A stretch of DNA of 24,000 nt, taken from the NCBI GenBank assembly GCA_965602805.1, contig CBFCZK010000004.1:72549-96548 (forward strand), in the 5' to 3' direction. The position numbers were made by a program, and so were the translations under genes. Below the pieces are notes generated by a model, which did no database searches, was not told the origin of the DNA, and saw only the letters and a program-made list of their open reading frames with translations. Below are positions 13,667 through 21,939 of this stretch, one piece after another (the first letter of the stretch is position 1; each line of letters begins with the position of its first letter). This DNA comes from an uncultured Thiomicrorhabdus sp. (GTDB lineage Bacteria > Pseudomonadota > Gammaproteobacteria > Thiomicrospirales > Thiomicrospiraceae).

Positions 13667-15040
13667 TTAAATCCATCTATAAGCTTCCAGTGGTTGTCTT
13701 CCTTTAGTGCTTGTTTTTTCTTGTTTTACAGCTTCAATATAATGATGCTCCAGTAGTTTTTTAATTGCACCTAAAATCGCCTCTCGCTTGGTTAGCCCAC
13801 CCCAGCCCTTTAGTTCAATTTGGCGGGTGTTAAAGGTATCCGGGAGCTTCTTTTTTTCCTCGTAGATACGCCTAGCGTTTTCAATATCTTGGTCGCGTTT
13901 GTGAGGGTAAATTTTAACAGCATGTGACTCTAGATATTCACCAAGCTTACGGGCTTTGGTAAGGCTATCAAGACTGATTTCATTACTATAAGGGTTTTCT
14001 AAAACCTGAAAGATAAGTGATAAGGAGGCTATTAAGCTGTCATATTTGCCAAAGTGAGCGCTCAATGACTCATGTAAATCACCTGAAGATATTTTATTAC
14101 GGTTCTGTATGACGAAATCGTTATAAGCCTCTTGGGCTGGAAGTGAAAAGTTTAGTGTTTTACTAGATTTCATCTCTGTACATGCTTTATAAGCATTGTT
14201 AATTACATTGTAAGCTTCTTCTTTTGCAGTAAGATCGGGGGCACGATCTACTAACTTAAAAGAGGGGTCTTCTTCGGGCCAAACGGCAAGTTGAAAGCGC
14301 TGAAGAAACCCATCATTGCCAGAGCTTTTACGAATAACGTCTTGTATGTATTTATTCAGTTTTGAGGGTTGTATACCACCAATAATACTAATGTTCAGTT
14401 TTTCAATATGAATAGTCCCCCTCTTAATTCGATCGTAAGTGTACGGTGAATTTCCATTAAAGCTTTCAAGAAAAAATGAGCGATCATTTTCTCTCCCTGC
14501 TTTATTGAGTGATGAGAGCCAGCCGTCCAGCTCATCCCGGCAGAGAAGAATTCCTTGTTTTGAATAAGACAGTATTTCTCCTATTTTTTCGGTGGTTGCG
14601 TCTCTAACAACGGACCTTTTTTCTACTGAAGTATTTTCAAAGTATGAGTTTTCAATGTGATGAATTGCTCCGAGGGCTTCTTGAAGCATGGGTGATTTCC
14701 CTGCAGATGGCTCTCCTATTAGCATTCCCCATAAGTTAGGAGTAACGACCCATGAGTTGTCGTGTTGTTTGGGGCAAACTTTGAATTTATCCGAAATTAA
14801 AGAGGCTACCGAGATAATCATCGGTATTGCCATGAAGTCATGAGGGAATTGCATTCTTTCAGCGCAGTCGTAAATCCAGTTGTTAAGGCAGCTAGGTAGT
14901 AAATCACGACTGTATGCGTTAGCCTTAGCTTTATGAATCGAGTCTAGAGGTATTTTCTCCTTTAACTTTTCAGGAAAAGTGGAGTGCCCTTTTTTTTCAA
15001 CTGGGGCTGGTGGTATTTGAATAATATTTGAGGATGCCAT
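13667..15040 (-). CDS. DUF3987/YfjI-like P-loop protein (island replication/helicase-like), 457 aa
   Basis: Walker A GEPSAGKSP, Walker B-like LLCRDELDGWL, IIGGIQPSKL. Position directly after alpA, as in CP4-57/P4-like islands. Confidence 0.8.
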   Translation of the reverse strand: MASSNIIQIPPAPVEKKGHSTFPEKLKEKIPLDSIHKAKANAYSRDLLPSCLNNWIYDCAERMQFPHDFMAIPMIISVASLISDKFKVCPKQHDNSWVVTPNLWGMLIGEPSAGKSPMLQEALGAIHHIENSYFENTSVEKRSVVRDATTEKIGEILSYSKQGILLCRDELDGWLSSLNKAGRENDRSFFLESFNGNSPYTYDRIKRGTIHIEKLNISIIGGIQPSKLNKYIQDVIRKSSGNDGFLQRFQLAVWPEEDPSFKLVDRAPDLTAKEEAYNVINNAYKACTEMKSSKTLNFSLPAQEAYNDFVIQNRNKISSGDLHESLSAHFGKYDSLIASLSLIFQVLENPYSNEISLDSLTKARKLGEYLESHAVKIYPHKRDQDIENARRIYEEKKKLPDTFNTRQIELKGWGGLTKREAILGAIKKLLEHHYIEAVKQEKTSTKGRQPLEAYRWI

Positions 15041-15079
15041 TTTATTTCCTTAATGTTTTTTCCGATATATCCCTGTTTT

Positions 15080-15304
15080 TTATACTGATTGAGTATGGGT
15101 ATGAGTTCTGGATATAAGCCAGTTATCAAGGTCTGAATGGCGGTATAGGACCTTTCTACCCACTTTTATAAAAGGTATCTGATATCTTCCTGTGGTTCTC
15201 CAAATCGCGAGAGTTCCAACAGTAGTGCTTAAATAGTCAGCGGCTTCATTTGTAGTTAATAGTTTTTGCTGTAATGGATTAGGTGTCATGTTTATCTCCG
15301 TCAT
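15080..15304 (-). CDS. alpA: AlpA-family excisionase/transcriptional regulator, 74 aa
   Basis: LLTTNEAADYLSTTVGTLAIWRTTGRYQIPFIKVGRKVLYRHSDLDNWL (MerR-type excisionase HTH). Confidence 0.85.
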   Translation of the reverse strand: MTEINMTPNPLQQKLLTTNEAADYLSTTVGTLAIWRTTGRYQIPFIKVGRKVLYRHSDLDNWLISRTHTHTQSV

Positions 15305-15373
15305 GTTTAATTAATAATGATTAATGCTTGATCACGGAGGTAATGCTAGAGGTGTTTTGTCGTTTATAGAAAT

Positions 15374-15413
15374 GGGTTCTGGTACCAGAACCCAAGTTTG
15401 GTACCAGAAACCC
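15374..15413. promoter_or_regulatory. 20-bp perfect palindrome plus a second half-copy (terminator and/or operator upstream of alpA)
   Basis: GGGTTCTGGTACCAGAACCC (15374-15393), followed by TTTGGTACCAGAAACCC (15397-13). Lies between the ORF397 stop and the alpA start. Confidence 0.45.
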
Positions 15414-15416
15414 ATT

Positions 15417-16610
15417 TTATGGATGGTTTTTTGTTGTCGAAATAGATGTGTGTGAGTTTTTTAGGACTCTTAGCTTTAATTTTATCCAAGTAATGAAGGT
15501 ATCATTTGTGAATGGTTTTACTGCATCCATTGCCTGATCATCCCAGCATTTTTGAATAAGGGCCTGCATCCTTGAATCATTAAAGATAGCCATCGGCTTT
15601 AATTTAGTCGTTTCAGAAAAGATTTCTTCCACCGTCGACTCTATTAAAGGGCGGTATGTATGGGAGAATTTATGTTTGTTATCCCGGCCTTTTTGAGTGC
15701 CGCTTACGTAAGTGTTTAGCTGGCTATTAACTTGTAGTTTTTCCGCTTTAACGCTGCTTAGTGTTTTTTGTAACGATTGAAAGCTAGTTTGTTGTAATTG
15801 CAATATATAGCTAAAACAATCTTTTATTTCTAGGGATGTGGCTAGTAACTCTTCCAGTTTAATATTTGTAGGTTTTGTAGGTTTTGTAGGTTTTGTAGTG
15901 CCTTCTATCAAATAAAAAATAATCAAATACAGCCCGTCTATTTGAATGTTTTTGTATTCTATTCCGCTACACAGTTCATCACAGTATGTATCCTCTATCC
16001 ATTTAGATTTATTGTTATGAATTGAATGGTCCAAAAGTTCATCGAATAGAGTAGGAAATACTTCGGTGTTTGATGTTTTTGAATTCCTTAGATATTTGCA
16101 AATAAAGCTCCTTATATTCAAGCCTGATAGATAAAGTTCAAGCATGGTGGAGAAATTCAATTCAGCGAGCAAGTGATCTTGGATTCTTTCCTGAATTTCT
16201 TCGTTCATTATCGATGCTGGCAAGTCTATGCCTTGAATATAGTCGTCGCCATTTATTTCTGCTGAGATTAAGGCATTGTTTATTTCACAAGAATTAAGAG
16301 GTTTTAAATTATTGGTCAACCAGTTAGAAAAGTTATCTAAATCTTCGTCAAGTACTTTTAAAGTTAGGTTTCCGATGTCATAGCTTTGTACCGAACTGAT
16401 AAAATCTAGGTCATTAGAAACCTCTTCTATTAGTACTTTCTGGGTCTGTTTAATTTCCGAGGCAAGAATTCCCATGAAATTTTTACGAATGTGGTTTTCC
16501 AAGCCGGCTATATTAATTTGGCCTGCTTTATTCCAGCGGCTATCAAAATAATCAAGGACTTGTTGCATGTCTTTTTTTAATGAACTCAATAAAATGTTAG
16601 GAATGGTCAT
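15417..16610 (-). CDS. hypothetical protein, 397 aa, co-transcribed with the integrase
   Basis: Long ORF whose start overlaps the integrase stop by 14 nt. No motif recognised. Contains a (TKP)3 repeat. Confidence 0.75.
   Translation of the reverse strand: MTIPNILLSSLKKDMQQVLDYFDSRWNKAGQINIAGLENHIRKNFMGILASEIKQTQKVLIEEVSNDLDFISSVQSYDIGNLTLKVLDEDLDNFSNWLTNNLKPLNSCEINNALISAEINGDDYIQGIDLPASIMNEEIQERIQDHLLAELNFSTMLELYLSGLNIRSFICKYLRNSKTSNTEVFPTLFDELLDHSIHNNKSKWIEDTYCDELCSGIEYKNIQIDGLYLIIFYLIEGTTKPTKPTKPTNIKLEELLATSLEIKDCFSYILQLQQTSFQSLQKTLSSVKAEKLQVNSQLNTYVSGTQKGRDNKHKFSHTYRPLIESTVEEIFSETTKLKPMAIFNDSRMQALIQKCWDDQAMDAVKPFTNDTFITWIKLKLRVLKNSHTSISTTKNHP
15865..15898. repeat. 9-bp tandem repeat, ~3.8 copies (TTTGTAGGT)
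   Basis: tttgtaggt x3 plus tttgtag. Encodes TKPTKPTKPT in the 397-aa ORF. Confidence 0.9.
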
Positions 16611-17910
16611 TAAGTAGCTCCTGGAGTAGTTGGTTTTGATCTTCTTTGGAAAGTTTAGAAAGCATTACTTTTATAGAGTCGTTCAATTGAATTGGTCTTT
16701 CTTTTTTGGTCATGAAGTCGGTAATCATCTGAGAGGGAGGTCTTAGTTCGTCAGCTGTTTGGATTACATAGCCTTGGGTAACATCATTCTCATTGCGACT
16801 ATGGTTTGCAAGCTGCTTTAGTGTGTAAGAACTTATGTTTAGTCTGTTACCTATAGTCATAAATGTTCTGCGTAAATCATGAGGGGATATTTTGATTCCG
16901 GTTTCTTTAAGCAAAGATTTTAGTGGTTTTTTTGTATCTGAAATGCATTTACTATGATCTTTCACGGCGGGAAATAAGTATTCGCTATCATTGTCAGATA
17001 GCATACGTCTTTGAAAAACTTGTTCTGTAAAAGAAGTCATTGGTAGCCAGAGCTTAGTTTTGTTTTTGGTCTTTGTTAGCCAAAACCTTTTATATTTGAG
17101 ATCTACCATAATCTTAAGCATATTAGATGTTTCATTAAATCTAGTTCCATGAAACAGCATTGTTAATAACAAATCAGCCCCAGTTGTATAGAATTCATAT
17201 CCATTTTTGTCTTCAGCCATTCTTTGAATAAAATCAATAAAAATGGGTAATTGATCATCTTCCAGATGGGAGGTTTTACGATCTAATTTGTGAGTTTGCC
17301 TGTTTTTATAAAGTTTTTTGACTGGATTAATAGTTAATAGTGCTGTGCCTTTCGAGTCTTTTAATTCTTCAATAGCATAATTGAAAACGGCTCTTAGAAG
17401 GCGCATTGCTCTGTCGGCCTCTGCAGGGCTACGTATAGAATAATCTTGATGAACGGAAAGGATTATTTCGTATGAAATATCGAGTATTTTTTTATTGGAA
17501 AGTGGTGCAAGCACATTGGACATGCTTGATTGATAACCTTTTATAGTAACGTCACTTAATTTCCGTGATTTTAAGTAGTCTTCAAATATTTCATATAAAG
17601 TGGTGTTCAAGGAAGATATAGATTTCTTGTGTTGGTTTGGATTGATGCCTTGGTGAATTAGTGATTGCTGTTCGCGGGCATTGTTTCTAGCTTCTTCAAT
17701 TGTCATTAGGCCAAACTCACCAAGGGTCAAGGTTATAGTTTTGCCATTAAGTTTTTGTTTTATTCGAAAGTATTTTTTACCCGAAGTCATGACTTCTAGC
17801 TTGAGGCCATTTGATTTGGGGTGAGTGTCGTGGCAAAGGTATCGAGTTGAGAGAACAGGAAGTTCCGTAATTGACTTGATTGTGAAATTAAAGGTGTTTG
17901 AAGATGCCAA
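16597..17910 (-). CDS. int: tyrosine integrase, P4-like (DUF4102-type N-terminus), 437 aa
   Basis: N-terminus ...LKLEVMTSGKKYFRIKQKLNGKTITLTLGEFGLMTIEEARNNA... and C-terminus HDLRRTFMTIG...LANHS...TQGYV (R-H-R-Y set). Confidence 0.92.
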   Translation of the reverse strand: MASSNTFNFTIKSITELPVLSTRYLCHDTHPKSNGLKLEVMTSGKKYFRIKQKLNGKTITLTLGEFGLMTIEEARNNAREQQSLIHQGINPNQHKKSISSLNTTLYEIFEDYLKSRKLSDVTIKGYQSSMSNVLAPLSNKKILDISYEIILSVHQDYSIRSPAEADRAMRLLRAVFNYAIEELKDSKGTALLTINPVKKLYKNRQTHKLDRKTSHLEDDQLPIFIDFIQRMAEDKNGYEFYTTGADLLLTMLFHGTRFNETSNMLKIMVDLKYKRFWLTKTKNKTKLWLPMTSFTEQVFQRRMLSDNDSEYLFPAVKDHSKCISDTKKPLKSLLKETGIKISPHDLRRTFMTIGNRLNISSYTLKQLANHSRNENDVTQGYVIQTADELRPPSQMITDFMTKKERPIQLNDSIKVMLSKLSKEDQNQLLQELLNDHS

Positions 17911-18109
17911 AATATATTCCTTATCAAACTAAGTTATTAATGAGGAATGTAGCAGTACTTAAATGTTTGTGCAACCCATGTGCAACTTTGAAGAAGTATT
18001 TTGGTTAATCTCGAGAAAGTTAAGGTAATTTTGTTTTATTATAACTTGTTGATTTTTATGTAAAATACTATTTACATGTATTTTAATATATCTTGATTTA
18101 ACTGTCGGT

Positions 18110-18161
18110 CTGCCGACTCATAATCGGCAGGTCCGCAGTTCAAGTCTGCGAGGGCCCACCA
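18110..18161 (+). tRNA. 3' fragment of a tRNA (anticodon CAT; Met or Ile2-like), island att-site copy and not an intact gene
   Basis: Anticodon arm GCCGA-CTCATAA-TCGGC, variable AGGTC, T arm CGCAG-TTCAAGT-CTGCG, acceptor 3' strand AGGGCCC-A-CCA. There is no matching GGGCCCT 5' acceptor strand or D arm upstream. Confidence 0.75.
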
Positions 18162-18543
18162 TTCATTTTTCTTTGTATTCAATACCTTAAGTATTCTTGT
18201 CTTTAGCTCTAATTCCTTTCGTTTTTATTTTAGGTCGCCCATAGGTAACTTTATGCGCTATGCAATTCGGTATCTCTTTTTGATGAGCTAAGCTTGTATC
18301 TGAAGCGATTTACAGGATGATTCAGGGCTTAATAGATTGCTTGTGCATTTTGATTAGGCGTTAAATCAAGATGATAATATGGTGGGAGTTGAGCTGTTTT
18401 TGTAAAGATATTTAAGTGATGCGCTTATATTGAGAGTGATTAAGAATGGTTACCAGTACAAAGCGTCTTGCAAGTTTTATATAAAATGGATTTTAACTAT
18501 TTAAGCTACAGGTTCATGATTAAAGTACGCGCGTGGTAGCTTG

Positions 18544-19386
18544 TTATTGATCTCGTTCGGTATTTGAGGCCTTTTTTTTTGCTTTACCATTCAGGTTTAG
18601 TATGTCTTCTCGTCCAAGTGCTGCACGACTAATGGCTTCGTTGACCTTCTTGATGATTGCTATCTTGGCTTCATCAGATACAAAAAAAACATCTACAAAG
18701 GTAGACGAATTCTTAATGTTTGCATAATTTTTCTTGGCTTTTTCAGGGACTGTCAGCGTTATCTGGTGGCTTTCATCTCTTGGTTGCTCAGGTTGTATTT
18801 TAAAATCAGGGTTTTCCAGCATACGTTCGATGTCTTCGATAAAACAATCGGTATTATGTACGACTCGACTTTGAGTTGAGAGGGTGATGGAGGTGTATTG
18901 TTCTGGAGTGTAGACTTTGTTTACGGTAATCTGTTTTGCGGTGGACTGTTGCTCGGCAGAAATAAAGGGCTGTATCGCTTTCATGAAGTCTTGACGTTCC
19001 AGCGCCATTATAGGCTTAAGTGCTGCTGATTTTGCTTCATCCAGTTGATATTTATAGATGGCTAGATAGGCGAGTCCAAAAATAACCGTCAGGATGCTGA
19101 ATACAATCATGATCGAGGGCATCTTGGTATCTGTAAAGAAAGCTAGGATTAGGATGCTTAAAAAGATGATGGCAGAGTATGCCGATATGATGCTGATAAT
19201 ACCTGGCTTTTTGACATACCAGGGATAGTAGAGTTCCTCTTTGAATATAGCGGTGTCTAGGTCGAGCAGTTGTTTTAGTGCGCTAATGTTGTCAAAACGA
19301 ATCACAGATCTTTCCCTATCTTTTTGGATTGAATAAAATAAAAGCTTTAATGTCCGGCGGGACCTTTGCCCACTGACTGCCCCCAT
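18544..19386 (-). CDS. membrane protein, 280 aa (2 TM helices)
   Basis: Long ORF with TM segments GIISIISAYSAIIFLSILILAFF and SIMIVFSILTVIFGLAYLAIY. ATG 19386 overlaps the upstream gene by 40 nt. An alternative GTG at 19305 has a GGGAAAG SD-like motif. Confidence 0.7.
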   Translation of the reverse strand: MGAVSGQRSRRTLKLLFYSIQKDRERSVIRFDNISALKQLLDLDTAIFKEELYYPWYVKKPGIISIISAYSAIIFLSILILAFFTDTKMPSIMIVFSILTVIFGLAYLAIYKYQLDEAKSAALKPIMALERQDFMKAIQPFISAEQQSTAKQITVNKVYTPEQYTSITLSTQSRVVHNTDCFIEDIERMLENPDFKIQPEQPRDESHQITLTVPEKAKKNYANIKNSSTFVDVFFVSDEAKIAIIKKVNEAISRAALGREDILNLNGKAKKKASNTERDQ

Positions 19387-20207
19387 TTCATGACCGCTGC
19401 ATTGGCTGCTTTAATGGCATTATCAGGCAGGTCAAGTTGTTTTAACCCTAGGTTACGGTACTCTTTGAGTTCTTGAGTGATGTACTGCCCGCCTATTGTT
19501 GAGCTGACGATATAGTTGGCCACCATTATGAGTGCTGTAATATGGCGAGTTTTTTGATCATTCGCCGTTTTAAGTTCAAACTGAGAGTCATGGTGCAGTA
19601 GGATTGATTTGTAAACCTCTGGGTTGATATGCCATTTTTTGGCAATAAAAGTTCCCATAAAGGTGTGTCCTGTCTTATATTCTTCAAGTTCTTTTGCATA
19701 AGCACTCACGGGATTTGCTAGCTGAGCGTTAAATATTTCTGTATAAGTTTCGGGGTTTAATCTTGATAAATATACAGCACCAACATTTTGCATCAGTCCG
19801 GCGATATAAGCTTCTGAGCGGGTAACGTCAAACACCCAGTAAGAAAGTTCTGCGGCGGCTAACCCCGCTTTTGCTCCGTGCGAGAGAATTTGTCGTTCAA
19901 GTGGGTTTTGGGCAATTAGATTGGTTAAGCTACTGGCAAGGAATATGTTGTATATTTCATCCAAACCTAAGACGTTAACAGCGGCTTTTGCATCACGAAT
20001 GTCGGTTTTTTCACTGGTTACGTTGGTATTAACCAGTGTCATAAAGTTGCCTAAAAGCTCAGGGTTATGGCTGATTAAGTTCGCGATTGAAACGGTATTT
20101 GGGTATTTTTTATTCAGCTCTTCCTTTAATCGAAGAATCTCTTCTGGGATGTTCGGAATAGATGTTTTGGCAATAAATTGCGCTGCGACGGCTAGTTTTT
20201 CTTGCAT
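19347..20207 (-). CDS. HDOD domain protein, 286 aa
   Basis: ...NVLGLDEIYNIFLASSL...GLMQNVGAVYL...GHTFMGTFIAKKWHINPEVYKSILLHHD..., typical HDOD layout. Confidence 0.8.
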   Translation of the reverse strand: MQEKLAVAAQFIAKTSIPNIPEEILRLKEELNKKYPNTVSIANLISHNPELLGNFMTLVNTNVTSEKTDIRDAKAAVNVLGLDEIYNIFLASSLTNLIAQNPLERQILSHGAKAGLAAAELSYWVFDVTRSEAYIAGLMQNVGAVYLSRLNPETYTEIFNAQLANPVSAYAKELEEYKTGHTFMGTFIAKKWHINPEVYKSILLHHDSQFELKTANDQKTRHITALIMVANYIVSSTIGGQYITQELKEYRNLGLKQLDLPDNAIKAANAAVMKWGQSVGKGPAGH

Positions 20208-20612
20208 AGTGATTTGCTTAAATTTCTTTTTTACTTTTATTTAGGGGGTTATAGGTCTATAAATTAGCCTAACGCATTGTTAGGCTGTCGTATCAATGGT
20301 TTTTTAAAGAGCCAGATCTACATTTCTTCTATTATTGACTGCTGAGTTGGTTAAAACAACCATCCCGCCCATAGGTATAGGTAATTAGACTGACATTTTC
20401 TTACATTACCCTAATGGTAACGGAAAACAGCGCTTTGGTAACGCGTTAAATCACTGTGAGTTACTAATGGAAAAGTGCATTGTTGTTAATCTATTGATTT
20501 TTATCATTATTTTGGTAAAATTAAATTAAATTGAATTGAATGTAAAAGTGGTTTTATCCATGTGCTTGACTGCTTTTAATAGAACTTTAATCTTGTTTAG
20601 GGTTGTCAGACG

Positions 20613-21416
20613 ATGATTAGTCAGGTGAATAGCGCAAGTCTTGCTTATACACCGCTTTCACAAGTGGTTAAAGTTTCATCTGTGCCTGAAACAAAAATTC
20701 TGCCTTCTCAATCCGCACGTCCTGTGAACTATTCAAACTCGATTACGAATAACAGTCCACCTTCTCAATCATTTTCTGGCACGAGGGATTCCGAGAATGC
20801 TAATTCTACGGACTCAGCCAATGATACCCTTCAGAAAAATTCTCAAGTTCAGCAAGTTATTAATCAGCTTAAAGCACGTGACTCTGAGGTTAAGGCACAC
20901 GAAATGGCACATTTGTCTGCTGCGGGTGGTTATTCAACAGGTGGTATGAGTTTTACCTATCAGACAGGCCCAGATGGGCGTCAGTACGCAATTGGTGGAG
21001 AGGTTGGTATTGATGTTTCAGCTGTGTCAGGCAATCCGCAAGCCACGTTGCAGAAAGCAATGGTTGTTTACGGTGCAGCTTTAGCCCCAGCAGAGCCTTC
21101 TGTACAAGATCGTAAGGTTGCGAGTGCGGCTACGCAAATGATGGCGCAAGCACGTGCCGATATTATGGCGCAATCTCAAGAAGAGCGAGCAGAAAAGGAC
21201 TCGGCTTCTGAAATAGAGTCCGAGAATCGTTCAATGGACACAGGGTCTATTTCTGAGAAAACCTTGAGTTCGGCCAGCAGAAGCGATGAGGTTTTACAGA
21301 GTGGACTGTTAATGCAAAACCTTAATAGCAATAGGCCTATAGAGAACCCTGACCGTAATCAGTTTGACTTAAGGATGCAGTTTTCGGCAGGCAATCTATT
21401 ATCAACTCTCCGCTAA
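20613..21416 (+). CDS. SprA-related family protein (putative metalloprotease-like), 267 aa
   Basis: QVINQLKARDSEVKAHEMAHLSAAGGYSTGGMSFTYQTGPDGRQYAIGGEVGIDVS...ATLQKA matches the conserved core of this family as I remember it. Confidence 0.7.
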   Translation: MISQVNSASLAYTPLSQVVKVSSVPETKILPSQSARPVNYSNSITNNSPPSQSFSGTRDSENANSTDSANDTLQKNSQVQQVINQLKARDSEVKAHEMAHLSAAGGYSTGGMSFTYQTGPDGRQYAIGGEVGIDVSAVSGNPQATLQKAMVVYGAALAPAEPSVQDRKVASAATQMMAQARADIMAQSQEERAEKDSASEIESENRSMDTGSISEKTLSSASRSDEVLQSGLLMQNLNSNRPIENPDRNQFDLRMQFSAGNLLSTLR

Positions 21417-21436
21417 TCTTGATCGATTTTAAGAAA

Positions 21437-21766
21437 TCAAAGATTTTCAACAGAGCAGAAAGTTTGTTGCATGGCGCTCATTAAACGCAGGATGTTGTGA
21501 TCGCGAACCTTGCATAAAATTTTACTGCCTTCACGACGCGAGGTAATAATATCTTTTTCTCTTAAAATATCGATATGCTGAGAAATATTACTTTGCGTTG
21601 TTCCTACCTTTTTAACGATATCCATAACCGGCAGTTCTTGCTCGCCAATCACGCATAGAATTTTAAGGCGTAGTGGGTGTCCCATTGCTTTAAGTGCTTT
21701 GGAAGCTTTAAGGATGTTTTCTTCTTTCATCCCAAAAAGAGGGTTATCTTGCTGATCCATGCTCAT
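21437..21766 (-). CDS. ArsR/SmtB-family transcriptional regulator, 109 aa
   Basis: LKAMGHPLRLKILCVIGEQELPVMDIVKKVGTTQSNISQHIDILREKDIITSRREGSKILCKV (winged HTH). Confidence 0.88.
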   Translation of the reverse strand: MSMDQQDNPLFGMKEENILKASKALKAMGHPLRLKILCVIGEQELPVMDIVKKVGTTQSNISQHIDILREKDIITSRREGSKILCKVRDHNILRLMSAMQQTFCSVENL

Positions 21767-21788
21767 CTACTATCCATTTGTTAATAAT

Positions 21789-21812
21789 TTCATTATATAA
21801 GAATATTATGAA
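21789..21812. promoter_or_regulatory. candidate ArsR-type operator (10-4-10 imperfect inverted repeat)
   Basis: TTCATTATAT-AAGA-ATATTATGAA, 23 nt upstream of the arsR-like start, in the divergent intergenic region. Confidence 0.4.
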
Positions 21813-21939
21813 TATATTGAAATTCTAATGAAATCGAGTCATTCTGTCACTTAAAGTTCACTTATAATGTACAAAATATTTAAGAAATATCTTGGTTTTT
21901 AGTTTAACAGGTTGAAAACTAAGCGAAAATTTAATTGGT

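Larger units (their letters stand above)
13068..18161 (-). mobile_element. tRNA-associated integrative island core, satellite/PICI-like (int - ORF397 - alpA - DUF3987 - small TM protein)
   Basis: Gene order and content, plus a tRNA 3' fragment at the right edge. The left limit is unresolved, and accessory DNA continues to the left. Confidence 0.7.

Noticed and set aside
18086-18161. Intact tRNA gene
   Set aside because: The 5' acceptor strand and D arm cannot be formed from the upstream sequence. Only the 3' ~52 nt are tRNA-like.
20266-20286. Hairpin AGCCTAAC-gcatt-GTTAGGCT carrying perfect integron core/inverse-core sequences in the core-genome region
   Set aside because: Only 5 nt separate the arms, so it cannot be a functional attC. 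It is most simply a small intergenic hairpin.
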